Under the pieces are notes generated by a model that saw nothing but the letters and a program-made list of their open reading frames with translations, made no database searches and was not told the origin of the DNA. The translations under genes and the position numbers were made by a program. Below, in pieces: positions 54,900-62,145 of a DNA stretch of 64,000 nucleotides (its first letter is position 1; each line of letters begins with the position of its first letter). Source of the stretch: Clostridia bacterium (GTDB lineage Bacteria > Bacillota > Clostridia > TANB77 > CAG-508); NCBI GenBank assembly GCA_017517685.1, contig JAFWYK010000003.1, positions 4,860-68,859 on the forward strand. Reading direction: 5' to 3'.

Positions 54900-56040
54900 T
54901 TATGAAAAACGAATAAAAGAAATTTTAGATAGACCTATAACCGTAAGTGCACAATTTGAATATGCAATTGATACAGCATTTTTAAATAAAGCTAAAAAAT
55001 CAAATAATGTTTTTAATAATTTTTCTTTAAAATTTGCAACAACAGTAGTATGTTTACTATTAACATTTTCTACAGCGGTATTTGCAGCATATATGATTTA
55101 TGAAAATATATGGAAAGATCCAGAGAGAACTTCAAGAAAACAAAGAGAAGAAAGTGTGTTAGCTCCTATCGATGAAGAAGAGTTAAATAATATTATTAGC
55201 GAAGAAAAAGCTAAAACAATTGCTACTACAATTATTGGAAATTTAGGTTATGAGAATACAACAATTTCTGAAATTAAAATAAATAGAAGTTATGAAAATA
55301 ATGAAGATTTATATTATCATATAGTATTTGATAACATAACAATTCAATTAGATGCTAAGACTGGTGTAATTGATTATATTGAAAACAGAGAAACTAAGAA
55401 TATGATTAAAGAGAATGATCTAATTGATAAAGCTGAGGCGGTAGAAATTGCTAATAGTATTTATAAGAAAGTAGGAATTGGAAATATTGATAATTATATA
55501 GTTTTATCTAGTGAAGAAAGAGATGGCCTAGATGATACATATAAAAACAAATATTGGAAAGTAATATATGGTCTTGCGGAAGATGATATAAAATTAGATG
55601 ATAAAATATTTATGATAACATTTAAGATTATTGATGGGAATGCTTATATATACAAACTATCTTATAGAAGATTAAATGATTTGGTTAACAATCCAATTGT
55701 AATTACAGAAGATGAAGCAATAAAAATTGCTATTGAAAAAGAGAAAGAGTTTAGCAATTTAGAAATATCAAAAGTGAGTGCAGAATTAGATATGGAAATG
55801 ATGAATGAATTTATTTATATATTGGAAAACGAGAAAGAAAACGATAGTGGAAATGTACATGTAGAAGATGTAATAAGAAATGTATGGGTTGTCTATATTG
55901 AACATAAAAAAGATAATAAACCGAGAAATACGAATTTATTAACGGTTAGACAAGAATTTAATAAGAAATATTATATTGATGCAACTACTGGAGAAATAAT
56001 TGGTGGAAAAGAAATGGAATATTTTAATAGAAAAAAATAG
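54892..56040 (+). CDS. Putative anti-sigma factor: short cytoplasmic N-terminus, one TM helix and extracytoplasmic PepSY-like repeats
   Basis: The start overlaps the sigma stop by 8 nt. TM helix is FSLKFATTVVCLLLTFSTAVFAAYMIY. PepSY-like endings are LDAKTGVIDYIE and YYIDATTGEIIGG. No zinc-binding HxxxCxxC motif. Confidence 0.65.
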   Translation: MDNYEKRIKEILDRPITVSAQFEYAIDTAFLNKAKKSNNVFNNFSLKFATTVVCLLLTFSTAVFAAYMIYENIWKDPERTSRKQREESVLAPIDEEELNNIISEEKAKTIATTIIGNLGYENTTISEIKINRSYENNEDLYYHIVFDNITIQLDAKTGVIDYIENRETKNMIKENDLIDKAEAVEIANSIYKKVGIGNIDNYIVLSSEERDGLDDTYKNKYWKVIYGLAEDDIKLDDKIFMITFKIIDGNAYIYKLSYRRLNDLVNNPIVITEDEAIKIAIEKEKEFSNLEISKVSAELDMEMMNEFIYILENEKENDSGNVHVEDVIRNVWVVYIEHKKDNKPRNTNLLTVRQEFNKKYYIDATTGEIIGGKEMEYFNRKK

Positions 56041-56062
56041 TTTTATTACTAAATAATAAAAA

Positions 56063-56087
56063 AAGTGGCCACTTATAGAGGCCACTT
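56063..56087 (-). terminator. Rho-independent terminator of the - strand secreted-protein gene
   Basis: Stem AAGTGGCC (56063-56070) / GGCCACTT (56080-56087). The U-run is on the - strand only (A7 on the + strand side). Confidence 0.7.
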
Positions 56088-56088
56088 C

Positions 56089-56104
56089 GAAAGACAAGAA
56101 GGAT
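56089..56104. repeat. Left arm of a perfect 16-bp inverted repeat
   Basis: GAAAGACAAGAAGGAT is the exact reverse complement of 56633-56648. Confidence 0.95.
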
Positions 56105-56137
56105 TGCGTTAATTAGTTATGCTGCTTGTAAAAGGGT

Positions 56138-56605
56138 TTAGTAAATTTCGTGTCCATAATCCACATCTGCTACTCTATAGTTTCCGTTAGGATTGTAGGA
56201 AACACTGCTGATGTCAAAAAAGATTTGAATCTTTTGGCCGGCAGTTACAGGAAGATTGATGTGAACTTGAGGGACAGCAGCTTCTTCACTAACCGAACCA
56301 CTGGCAAGAACGTTACCGTTCAAATCACGAACTTGCACGGTAAGCTTTACTGGCGGGCAACCAGAAGGTTCCATGTCGGAACGACCATACACTTCTGCAA
56401 CAAGATGAAGCGTGCCGCTCACACCCATTGTTTTAACAGGAGTGAGATTGTTGTTGGTTACAGTGATGGTTCCTTCTTCAACCCAACCGCTATACCAGGT
56501 TTCAACACCGGCAGCAAAAGCCTGGGTAGAGAAGGCGGTGATAGCCATAACTGTGACAAGCACGAAGGCTAAGAGTTTTCTCGGAATACTAGAAGTTTTC
56601 GTCAT
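56138..56605 (-). CDS. Small secreted protein of unknown function (155 aa)
   Basis: Signal peptide MTKTSSIPRKLLAFVLVTVMAITAFSTQAFA|AG; beta-rich mature part; AAAGGAG RBS; 48% GC in a spot count. Confidence 0.7.
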   Translation of the reverse strand: MTKTSSIPRKLLAFVLVTVMAITAFSTQAFAAGVETWYSGWVEEGTITVTNNNLTPVKTMGVSGTLHLVAEVYGRSDMEPSGCPPVKLTVQVRDLNGNVLASGSVSEEAAVPQVHINLPVTAGQKIQIFFDISSVSYNPNGNYRVADVDYGHEIY

Positions 56606-56632
56606 GATTGCATCTCCTTTATTATCTCAGAT

Positions 56633-56648
56633 ATCCTTCTTGTCTTTC
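56633..56648. repeat. Right arm of a perfect 16-bp inverted repeat
   Basis: ATCCTTCTTGTCTTTC lies 28 nt upstream of the - strand start codon. Confidence 0.95.
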
Positions 56649-56775
56649 TAATCAAAAATCACGTGTAGTTACTCGTGATATTGATTTCATATCATGCTAA
56701 AAGCATATTGCTATTATAAAAGATTTCTTATTTTTATTCTCAAAATAGGAAAAAAAGGAAAAAATTGTAAATTTT

Positions 56776-56804
56776 TGAAATATTTTGATATCATTATGGA
56801 CTCT
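56776..56804 (+). promoter_or_regulatory. ECF-type promoter-like motif, copy D
   Basis: TGAAATATTTTGA (from 56776) and GGACTCT (56798-56804), offset 22 nt, 18 nt upstream of ATG 56822 with GGAGG in between. Confidence 0.55.
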
Positions 56805-56821
56805 AATAAACGGAGGTTATA

Positions 56822-57535
56822 ATGAAGAATTGTTTAATAATAGCAGATAATAATGCAAACGTAGTAAATTTAATTAATTTTTTTGCTTGTAAGAAGTTAG
56901 ATATTAAAATATTAGGAATAACTCTTAGTATAGAAAAGAGTATTAATATTATAAAAGAAAATAAAGTTGATATGATTATTATTGATTATTCAAATAATAG
57001 ATTTGATTTAAGAGAATTATTTTCTGAACTAGAAAAAATGAATTCAACTCTTTTAAAGAAATCTATAATAGTAATTAATGATGATAATAAACTTAAAGCG
57101 GAGTTAGAATCTAATAAATACATTAATGCATTTTTAATAAAACCAGTACTATATAAGGAATTATATAAAATTATTATAAAAATGTTTAACACATATAATA
57201 GTAAAGACTTATATCAAAGTATTTTAAATGAATTATCTAAACTTTCATTTAAAACAAAATATGCAGGTACGAAATATATGGGTGAGTGTATATATGAAGT
57301 ATTCATTTCGGGAAAATATTATGAATATAGTTTCTTTAATGAGATATTACCGATTATAGCAAAAAGATATAATAAATCAGAAGACAGTATATATGGAAAT
57401 ATAAAACAGTCAATTAAAAAGATGACAAATGTTTGTGATCAAGATGTAATTGTAGACTATTTTAAATTTTGTGAATTTGAAAGGCCAAAGCCTAAACAAA
57501 TCATAGATAGAGTTATAGAAAACATTAAAAAATAA
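56822..57535 (+). CDS. Spo0A-like orphan regulator: degenerate receiver domain plus Spo0A_C-type DNA-binding domain
   Basis: - Receiver-like IIADNNAN (DN instead of DD), MIIIDYS and FLIKPV.
- The C-terminal half follows the Spo0A_C pattern (KYAGTKYMGECIYEV...ILPIIAKRYNKSEDSIYGNIKQSIKK...RPKPKQIIDRVIENI).
- 237 aa. Confidence 0.6.
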   Translation: MKNCLIIADNNANVVNLINFFACKKLDIKILGITLSIEKSINIIKENKVDMIIIDYSNNRFDLRELFSELEKMNSTLLKKSIIVINDDNKLKAELESNKYINAFLIKPVLYKELYKIIIKMFNTYNSKDLYQSILNELSKLSFKTKYAGTKYMGECIYEVFISGKYYEYSFFNEILPIIAKRYNKSEDSIYGNIKQSIKKMTNVCDQDVIVDYFKFCEFERPKPKQIIDRVIENIKK

Positions 57536-57600
57536 GAGATATATTAATATGAATGAAGTTGGAGCTTTTTGCTCCACATATTAATATGTCTCTTATTTTT
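57534..57600 (+). terminator. Long compound hairpin terminator
   Basis: 18-bp outer stem AAGAGATATATTAATATG / CATATTAATATGTCTCTT with one G-U pair, enclosing GGAGC-TTTTT-GCTCC, followed by a T run. Confidence 0.8.
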
Positions 57601-57800
57601 TATAATATTTAATTTTTATTAGAAAAAAGGAACAGATTAATAGGCGCTACCAGAAGTAGGATAATGCATAGTGCCCACAAGCCTATTCCCTTTTTGACTC
57701 TCATAGGAGTCATTTAGTTTAAACAAACCAAATCTGTTATAGATATTAACATTGCTTTTTTATGATGTAAAGCATTTTTTATAAAAATCTTAAAAAACTA

Positions 57801-57820
57801 GTCGACAAAATTCGACAAAA
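57801..57820. promoter_or_regulatory. Two tandem 0A-box-like sites at 10-bp spacing
   Basis: GTCGACAAAA (57801-57810) and TTCGACAAAA (57811-57820). TTCGACA is the reverse complement of the Spo0A box TGTCGAA. Confidence 0.4.
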
Positions 57821-58023
57821 GAAAGATGATGTTCAGTTGTAAGAATGGCTTTGCGATTTTGCGATGGTGGATTGAAAGATAAATAATAAACATATTATTT
57901 GAAAGTTTATGAGAAAAATTGGAAAAAAATAACATTATATTGAGATTTATGTATGATAGACAAATGTTTATAGATATGATAATATTTGAGTGTAAAGATT
58001 TGTTTTTAAAGTGAGAAGAAAAA

Positions 58024-58467
58024 ATGAAAATAGAAAAAGTAATAGATAATAAAGAAAATTATTTAGAGTTATTATTAGAAGCAGATCCAGAAGTAGATGT
58101 TGTTAAACAATATATAAACTGTGGTGAAATGTATATTCTTTTTGATGAAGAAAAAGTAGCTTCTATTGCTATAGTTATTAAAGTAAATGATGAAGAATGT
58201 GAACTAAAAAATATAGCAACAGATAAAACTTGTCGTGGAAAAGGATTTGCTGGAGAATTAATTAAATATATATTCGAAGAATATAAAGATAAATTTAAAA
58301 GGATGATAGTTGGTACTACTGAAAATATGATACCATTTTATGTATTAAATGGTTTTACTAAATATCATCATACAGTAAAAAACTTCTTTGTTGATAATTA
58401 TGAAGAAGAAATATGGGATGGAGACTTACATTGTATAGACATGTATTACTATTATAAAAATTTATAA
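58024..58467 (+). CDS. GNAT-family acetyltransferase
   Basis: Acetyl-CoA motif CRGKGFAGELIKYI. Confidence 0.75.
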   Translation: MKIEKVIDNKENYLELLLEADPEVDVVKQYINCGEMYILFDEEKVASIAIVIKVNDEECELKNIATDKTCRGKGFAGELIKYIFEEYKDKFKRMIVGTTENMIPFYVLNGFTKYHHTVKNFFVDNYEEEIWDGDLHCIDMYYYYKNL

Positions 58468-58483
58468 TATGGAGGTGGTTGTT

Positions 58484-58987
58484 ATGCCAAACTTATATGT
58501 TGTTACAGGACCAGCAGGAGTTGGAAAAAGTACTATTTCAAGAAGACTAGCTACAATTAAAGAAAAATCAGTGCTAATTGAGGGAGATACTATCTACAGT
58601 CAAGTTGTAGGTGGATATGTTAGTGCTTGGAAAGAAGGAAATCATTTAAAGATATTCTGGAAGATATGTTTGGATATGATTGAAAGTTACTTATCAGAAG
58701 GATATGATGTAGTATTTAATTATATTGTTAATCCAGAACATTTAGAAATGATTAAAGAAAGATTTTCAAATGTTAAATTCATAATTTTAATAGCTGATGA
58801 AGATGAACTATTAAAAAGAGATTTATTAAGACCAGAAAATTGTCAAATGAGAGATAGATGTTTGGTTTTATTAGAAAGTTTTAAAAATAAAGATTATGGT
58901 AAAAATTATATGTTAGATACTACAAATCTATCTATGGGTGAAATAATAGATGTGTTTGAATCTGATGATAGATTTTTAGTAAATTAG
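58484..58987 (+). CDS. P-loop kinase-like protein (AAA_33 / small-molecule kinase type)
   Basis: Walker A VTGPAGVGKSTIS; 167 aa; GGAGG RBS 8 nt before ATG 58484. Confidence 0.6.
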   Translation: MPNLYVVTGPAGVGKSTISRRLATIKEKSVLIEGDTIYSQVVGGYVSAWKEGNHLKIFWKICLDMIESYLSEGYDVVFNYIVNPEHLEMIKERFSNVKFIILIADEDELLKRDLLRPENCQMRDRCLVLLESFKNKDYGKNYMLDTTNLSMGEIIDVFESDDRFLVN

Positions 58988-58997
58988 GGGAACTATT

Positions 58998-59756
58998 TTG
59001 AAAGAATATGAATTTTATAATAATATAAAAAACTGGGACTTCTCTATGATCAATTATGAAGAAGAAGTCTTATCGTCATGGGATTTATATAAAATATTAA
59101 AAGAATATGTAACTGTAGAATCTAAAGTTTTAGATCTTGGTACTGGTGGTGGAGAAAAAGTAATTAAGTTTTTCCCTGAAGTAAAAGAAATTGTTGCAAC
59201 AGATTTTTCGGAGTCAATGATAAATACTGCAAAAAATAATTTAAAAAAATCTGGTAGGTCTAATATAACATTTAGACAAATGGATAATTTAAATATGGAT
59301 ACTGAAGATGAATATTTTGATGTAGTTGTTGCTCGCCATACTGTTATTGATGCAAAAGGAATTTATAAAACATTAAAACCTGGTGGAGTACTTTTAGTGC
59401 GTGGCGTAGATAAAGAAGATTCAATAGAACTTAAAGATTTATTTGGATATGGACAAGCATATTTTGATCCAAAAGCAATTAGTGAAATTGATTTAGAAAA
59501 TATTAAATCAGCAGGCTTTAAAGAAGTAAGTTTAACTGATATTTATATAAACGACTATTATAAAACAAAAGAAGATTTAATAGCACTTCTTCTTAAAGTT
59601 CCAATATTAGATGATTTTTCTGAAATAGAAGAAAATACGAGTTTAAAAAAGAAAGATTTAGATTTTAATTTGCTTGATGAATATATAAAGGATAATACTA
59701 CTGAAAGAGGAATCCTTTTAAAAAGAAAATATTATGGCATTATAGCTAAAAAATAA
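58998..59756 (+). CDS. Class I SAM-dependent methyltransferase
   Basis: Motif I VLDLGTGGGE; acidic loop ATDFS; FDVVVARH; TTG start. Confidence 0.75.
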   Translation: MKEYEFYNNIKNWDFSMINYEEEVLSSWDLYKILKEYVTVESKVLDLGTGGGEKVIKFFPEVKEIVATDFSESMINTAKNNLKKSGRSNITFRQMDNLNMDTEDEYFDVVVARHTVIDAKGIYKTLKPGGVLLVRGVDKEDSIELKDLFGYGQAYFDPKAISEIDLENIKSAGFKEVSLTDIYINDYYKTKEDLIALLLKVPILDDFSEIEENTSLKKKDLDFNLLDEYIKDNTTERGILLKRKYYGIIAKK

Positions 59757-59771
59757 ATTTTGGAGGAAAAT

Positions 59772-60221
59772 ATGAGACTACCAAAACAAGTATTAGTTAT
59801 TCCTTATAAAATAGAAAAGGAAGATGTAAAATATTGCGTATTTAAAAGAGCAGATTTAGATGTGTGGCAGTTTGTTGCAGGTGGACAAGAAGATTTTGAT
59901 AAAACCATATTAGATGCTGCAAAAAGAGAATTTTTTGAAGAAACAGGTATAGTGCCTAAAACGATTGTAAGTTTAGAAGAATATACAAAAATACCAGTTG
60001 TAAATGTTGTAAAAGATTTTTTATGGGGAGATGATGTATATTATTCAGAAGAATTTGCATTTGCTGTAAAAATAGATAAAGAAGAAATAAAATTAAGTGT
60101 TGAACATAAAGAGTATAAATGGCTTGAATATGATGAAGTAAGAAAATTATTAAAATATGATAGTAATAAAAGTGCTCTTTGGGAATTGAATACAAAAATT
60201 AAAAGAGGAATTATTAGTTAG
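59772..60221 (+). CDS. NUDIX hydrolase
   Basis: Nudix box ...GGQEDFDKTILDAAKREFFEETGI (slightly non-canonical spacing); GGAGG RBS before ATG 59772. Confidence 0.75.
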   Translation: MRLPKQVLVIPYKIEKEDVKYCVFKRADLDVWQFVAGGQEDFDKTILDAAKREFFEETGIVPKTIVSLEEYTKIPVVNVVKDFLWGDDVYYSEEFAFAVKIDKEEIKLSVEHKEYKWLEYDEVRKLLKYDSNKSALWELNTKIKRGIIS

Positions 60222-60232
60222 TAGGAGTAAAA

Positions 60233-61456
60233 ATGAAGTTAGTCAAAATTCCAGATGATAAATATCAAGAATATAGATTAAATTTAATGTTCGATTGTTA
60301 TAAATGGGATCCACAATTTTTGGATAATAATACTGTTGCAAAATATGCATTAGTACTTACAGAAAAAGAACATGAAGAATTAGTAAAAATAACAGAAAGC
60401 ATAGACAAAGAAACAATTGAAGCAGAAAATTATTTGAATAATAATTTAAAGCTTGCAAAACCTTTAGCTCTTCCAACGAAGATTTATGGTGAGCTAAAAA
60501 GAATGAATAATTATGAAAGTGATAAACATGTTCGTTTAATGAGATATGATTTCCATCCAACAATGGATGAAAAGTGGTGCGTTAGTGAGGTAAATTCTGA
60601 TGTTCCAGGTGGATTTGCAGAAAGCTCATTAATGCCAAATGAAGCTATAAAGGCAATCGGAATAGAAGATTATACATTTATAAATTTTGGTGATATTTTA
60701 GCTAAAGCAATAAAAGAAAAGATAAAAGAAAATGGAACAATATTTTTTGTTCATTGTACTTGCTATAGTGATGATAGACAAGTTATGCAATATTTAGGCG
60801 ATAAGCTTAAAAAAGATGGCTATAAAATAATCTATGGAGCGGCAGATCATATAAGATTTGAAAATAAGAAAGCATATTCTATATTAAGTGGAAACGAATG
60901 TGAAATTGATGCTATTTTTAGATTTACACCACTAGAGTGGCTTAAAGATATGAAACCTAAATTTTGGGATGGATATTTTGATACTACAACTGTGTCATGC
61001 AATCATCCAATAGCAATCTTTGCTCAAACTAAAAGATTTCCTTTAATATGGAGCTCGCTTGAAAAAGAAGGACTTAGCTTAGAAAATTGGAAAAAATATT
61101 TACCAGAAACTATTGAAGTATCAAAAGCAAAAGGAAAAGAAGGATACATATATAAACCAGCATGTGGTAGAGTTGGAGAAAAGATTTCAATTAAAGAAGC
61201 ATGTTCTAAAGAAGAGTATAAAGAAATATTAAAAGATGTAAAAAAACATCCAAAAGAATATTTAGCTCAAAAGAAATTTATTAGCAAACCATTAATATCT
61301 GATGATGGAAAAGAATACCATGTTTGTCTTGGTTCTTATACTGTTAACGGAAAACAAAGTGGTTATTATGCAAGAATAAGCCATCTTCCAAGAATTGATT
61401 CAAATGCAGCAGATATTCCTGTATTAATAGAAAGGAGCAAAAAAGATGAAAACTAA
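60233..61456 (+). CDS. Glutathionylspermidine-synthetase-like ATP-grasp amide ligase (YgiC/YjfC type)
   Basis: VRLMRYDFHPTMDEKWCVSEVNSDVPGGFAES resembles the GSP-synthase core (R.D......llE.N.DtP....E). Confidence 0.6.
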   Translation: MKLVKIPDDKYQEYRLNLMFDCYKWDPQFLDNNTVAKYALVLTEKEHEELVKITESIDKETIEAENYLNNNLKLAKPLALPTKIYGELKRMNNYESDKHVRLMRYDFHPTMDEKWCVSEVNSDVPGGFAESSLMPNEAIKAIGIEDYTFINFGDILAKAIKEKIKENGTIFFVHCTCYSDDRQVMQYLGDKLKKDGYKIIYGAADHIRFENKKAYSILSGNECEIDAIFRFTPLEWLKDMKPKFWDGYFDTTTVSCNHPIAIFAQTKRFPLIWSSLEKEGLSLENWKKYLPETIEVSKAKGKEGYIYKPACGRVGEKISIKEACSKEEYKEILKDVKKHPKEYLAQKKFISKPLISDDGKEYHVCLGSYTVNGKQSGYYARISHLPRIDSNAADIPVLIERSKKDEN

Positions 61457-62096
61457 TAAAGAAGTTTATAAAATTTGGGCTCCTGAAAATATTATTTGGT
61501 CAGGTTGGGTAAGACCAGTTCCTTTTATAGGTATTAATGAAAATTTAAGGGTTCAAGAATATGAAGAATTTTCTATTCCAGAAGTGTTATATATTAAAGA
61601 ATACCAAAATGATACTGCAATTATTTTAGATCTTCCAGGAAGCTCTGCTATAAAAGAAGGACTAGCACTTGCAAAACTTGGATATAGACCAATTCCAATA
61701 TATAATGGAACAGATGAGCAAGAAGGATCTTCATGTTTAGTTGATAATCATGGTATAGAGTATTCACTTATGCTAGCAGCAGATGTTTTAGATCAAATGG
61801 ATTTTAAAAGTGATGCTGCACCAGTATTTTTAACAGATAGTAATAGAATGAATAGCCAAAAAATGTCTGTTAAAATATTTGATAATAGCTGGGATGTATA
61901 TTCTCAAGATTTACCAACACCAGAATATTTAAAAAGTCATGGTATAGATAAAGTAATTATTAGAAGTGATATGATAAGAAAAGATATAAATAAAATATTC
62001 TATAAATTTCAAAAAGAAGGAATAAAAATATATTTTACTGAAGGGTATGAAGAACCTAAAATTATAAAGCTTAAAAATATACGTTATAAAAATTAG
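61446..62096 (+). CDS. Hypothetical protein, translationally coupled to the ATP-grasp ligase
   Basis: 11-nt overlap with the upstream gene; no motif recognised. Confidence 0.5.
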   Translation: MKTNKEVYKIWAPENIIWSGWVRPVPFIGINENLRVQEYEEFSIPEVLYIKEYQNDTAIILDLPGSSAIKEGLALAKLGYRPIPIYNGTDEQEGSSCLVDNHGIEYSLMLAADVLDQMDFKSDAAPVFLTDSNRMNSQKMSVKIFDNSWDVYSQDLPTPEYLKSHGIDKVIIRSDMIRKDINKIFYKFQKEGIKIYFTEGYEEPKIIKLKNIRYKN

Positions 62097-62145
62097 TTTT
62101 TTATTATTTAAAGGATGTTATAGCGTATTTATAAGGAGAAACAAA

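Noticed and set aside
56150-56651. + strand ORFs 56150-56572 and 56412-56651.
   Set aside because: They are antisense shadows of the - strand secreted-protein gene, which has an RBS, a signal peptide and a terminator.
40893-57600. Calling the accessory island a prophage, ICE or transposon.
   Set aside because: I could not see an integrase, transposase, relaxase, phage structural gene, flanking tRNA or terminal direct repeats in the window. Only its mosaic content and one truncated gene argue for mobility.
57640-57720. A tRNA or riboswitch in the locally GC-richer non-coding patch.
   Set aside because: I could not fold a cloverleaf, and I recognised no conserved riboswitch core. It is kept only as a low-interest unexplained structure.
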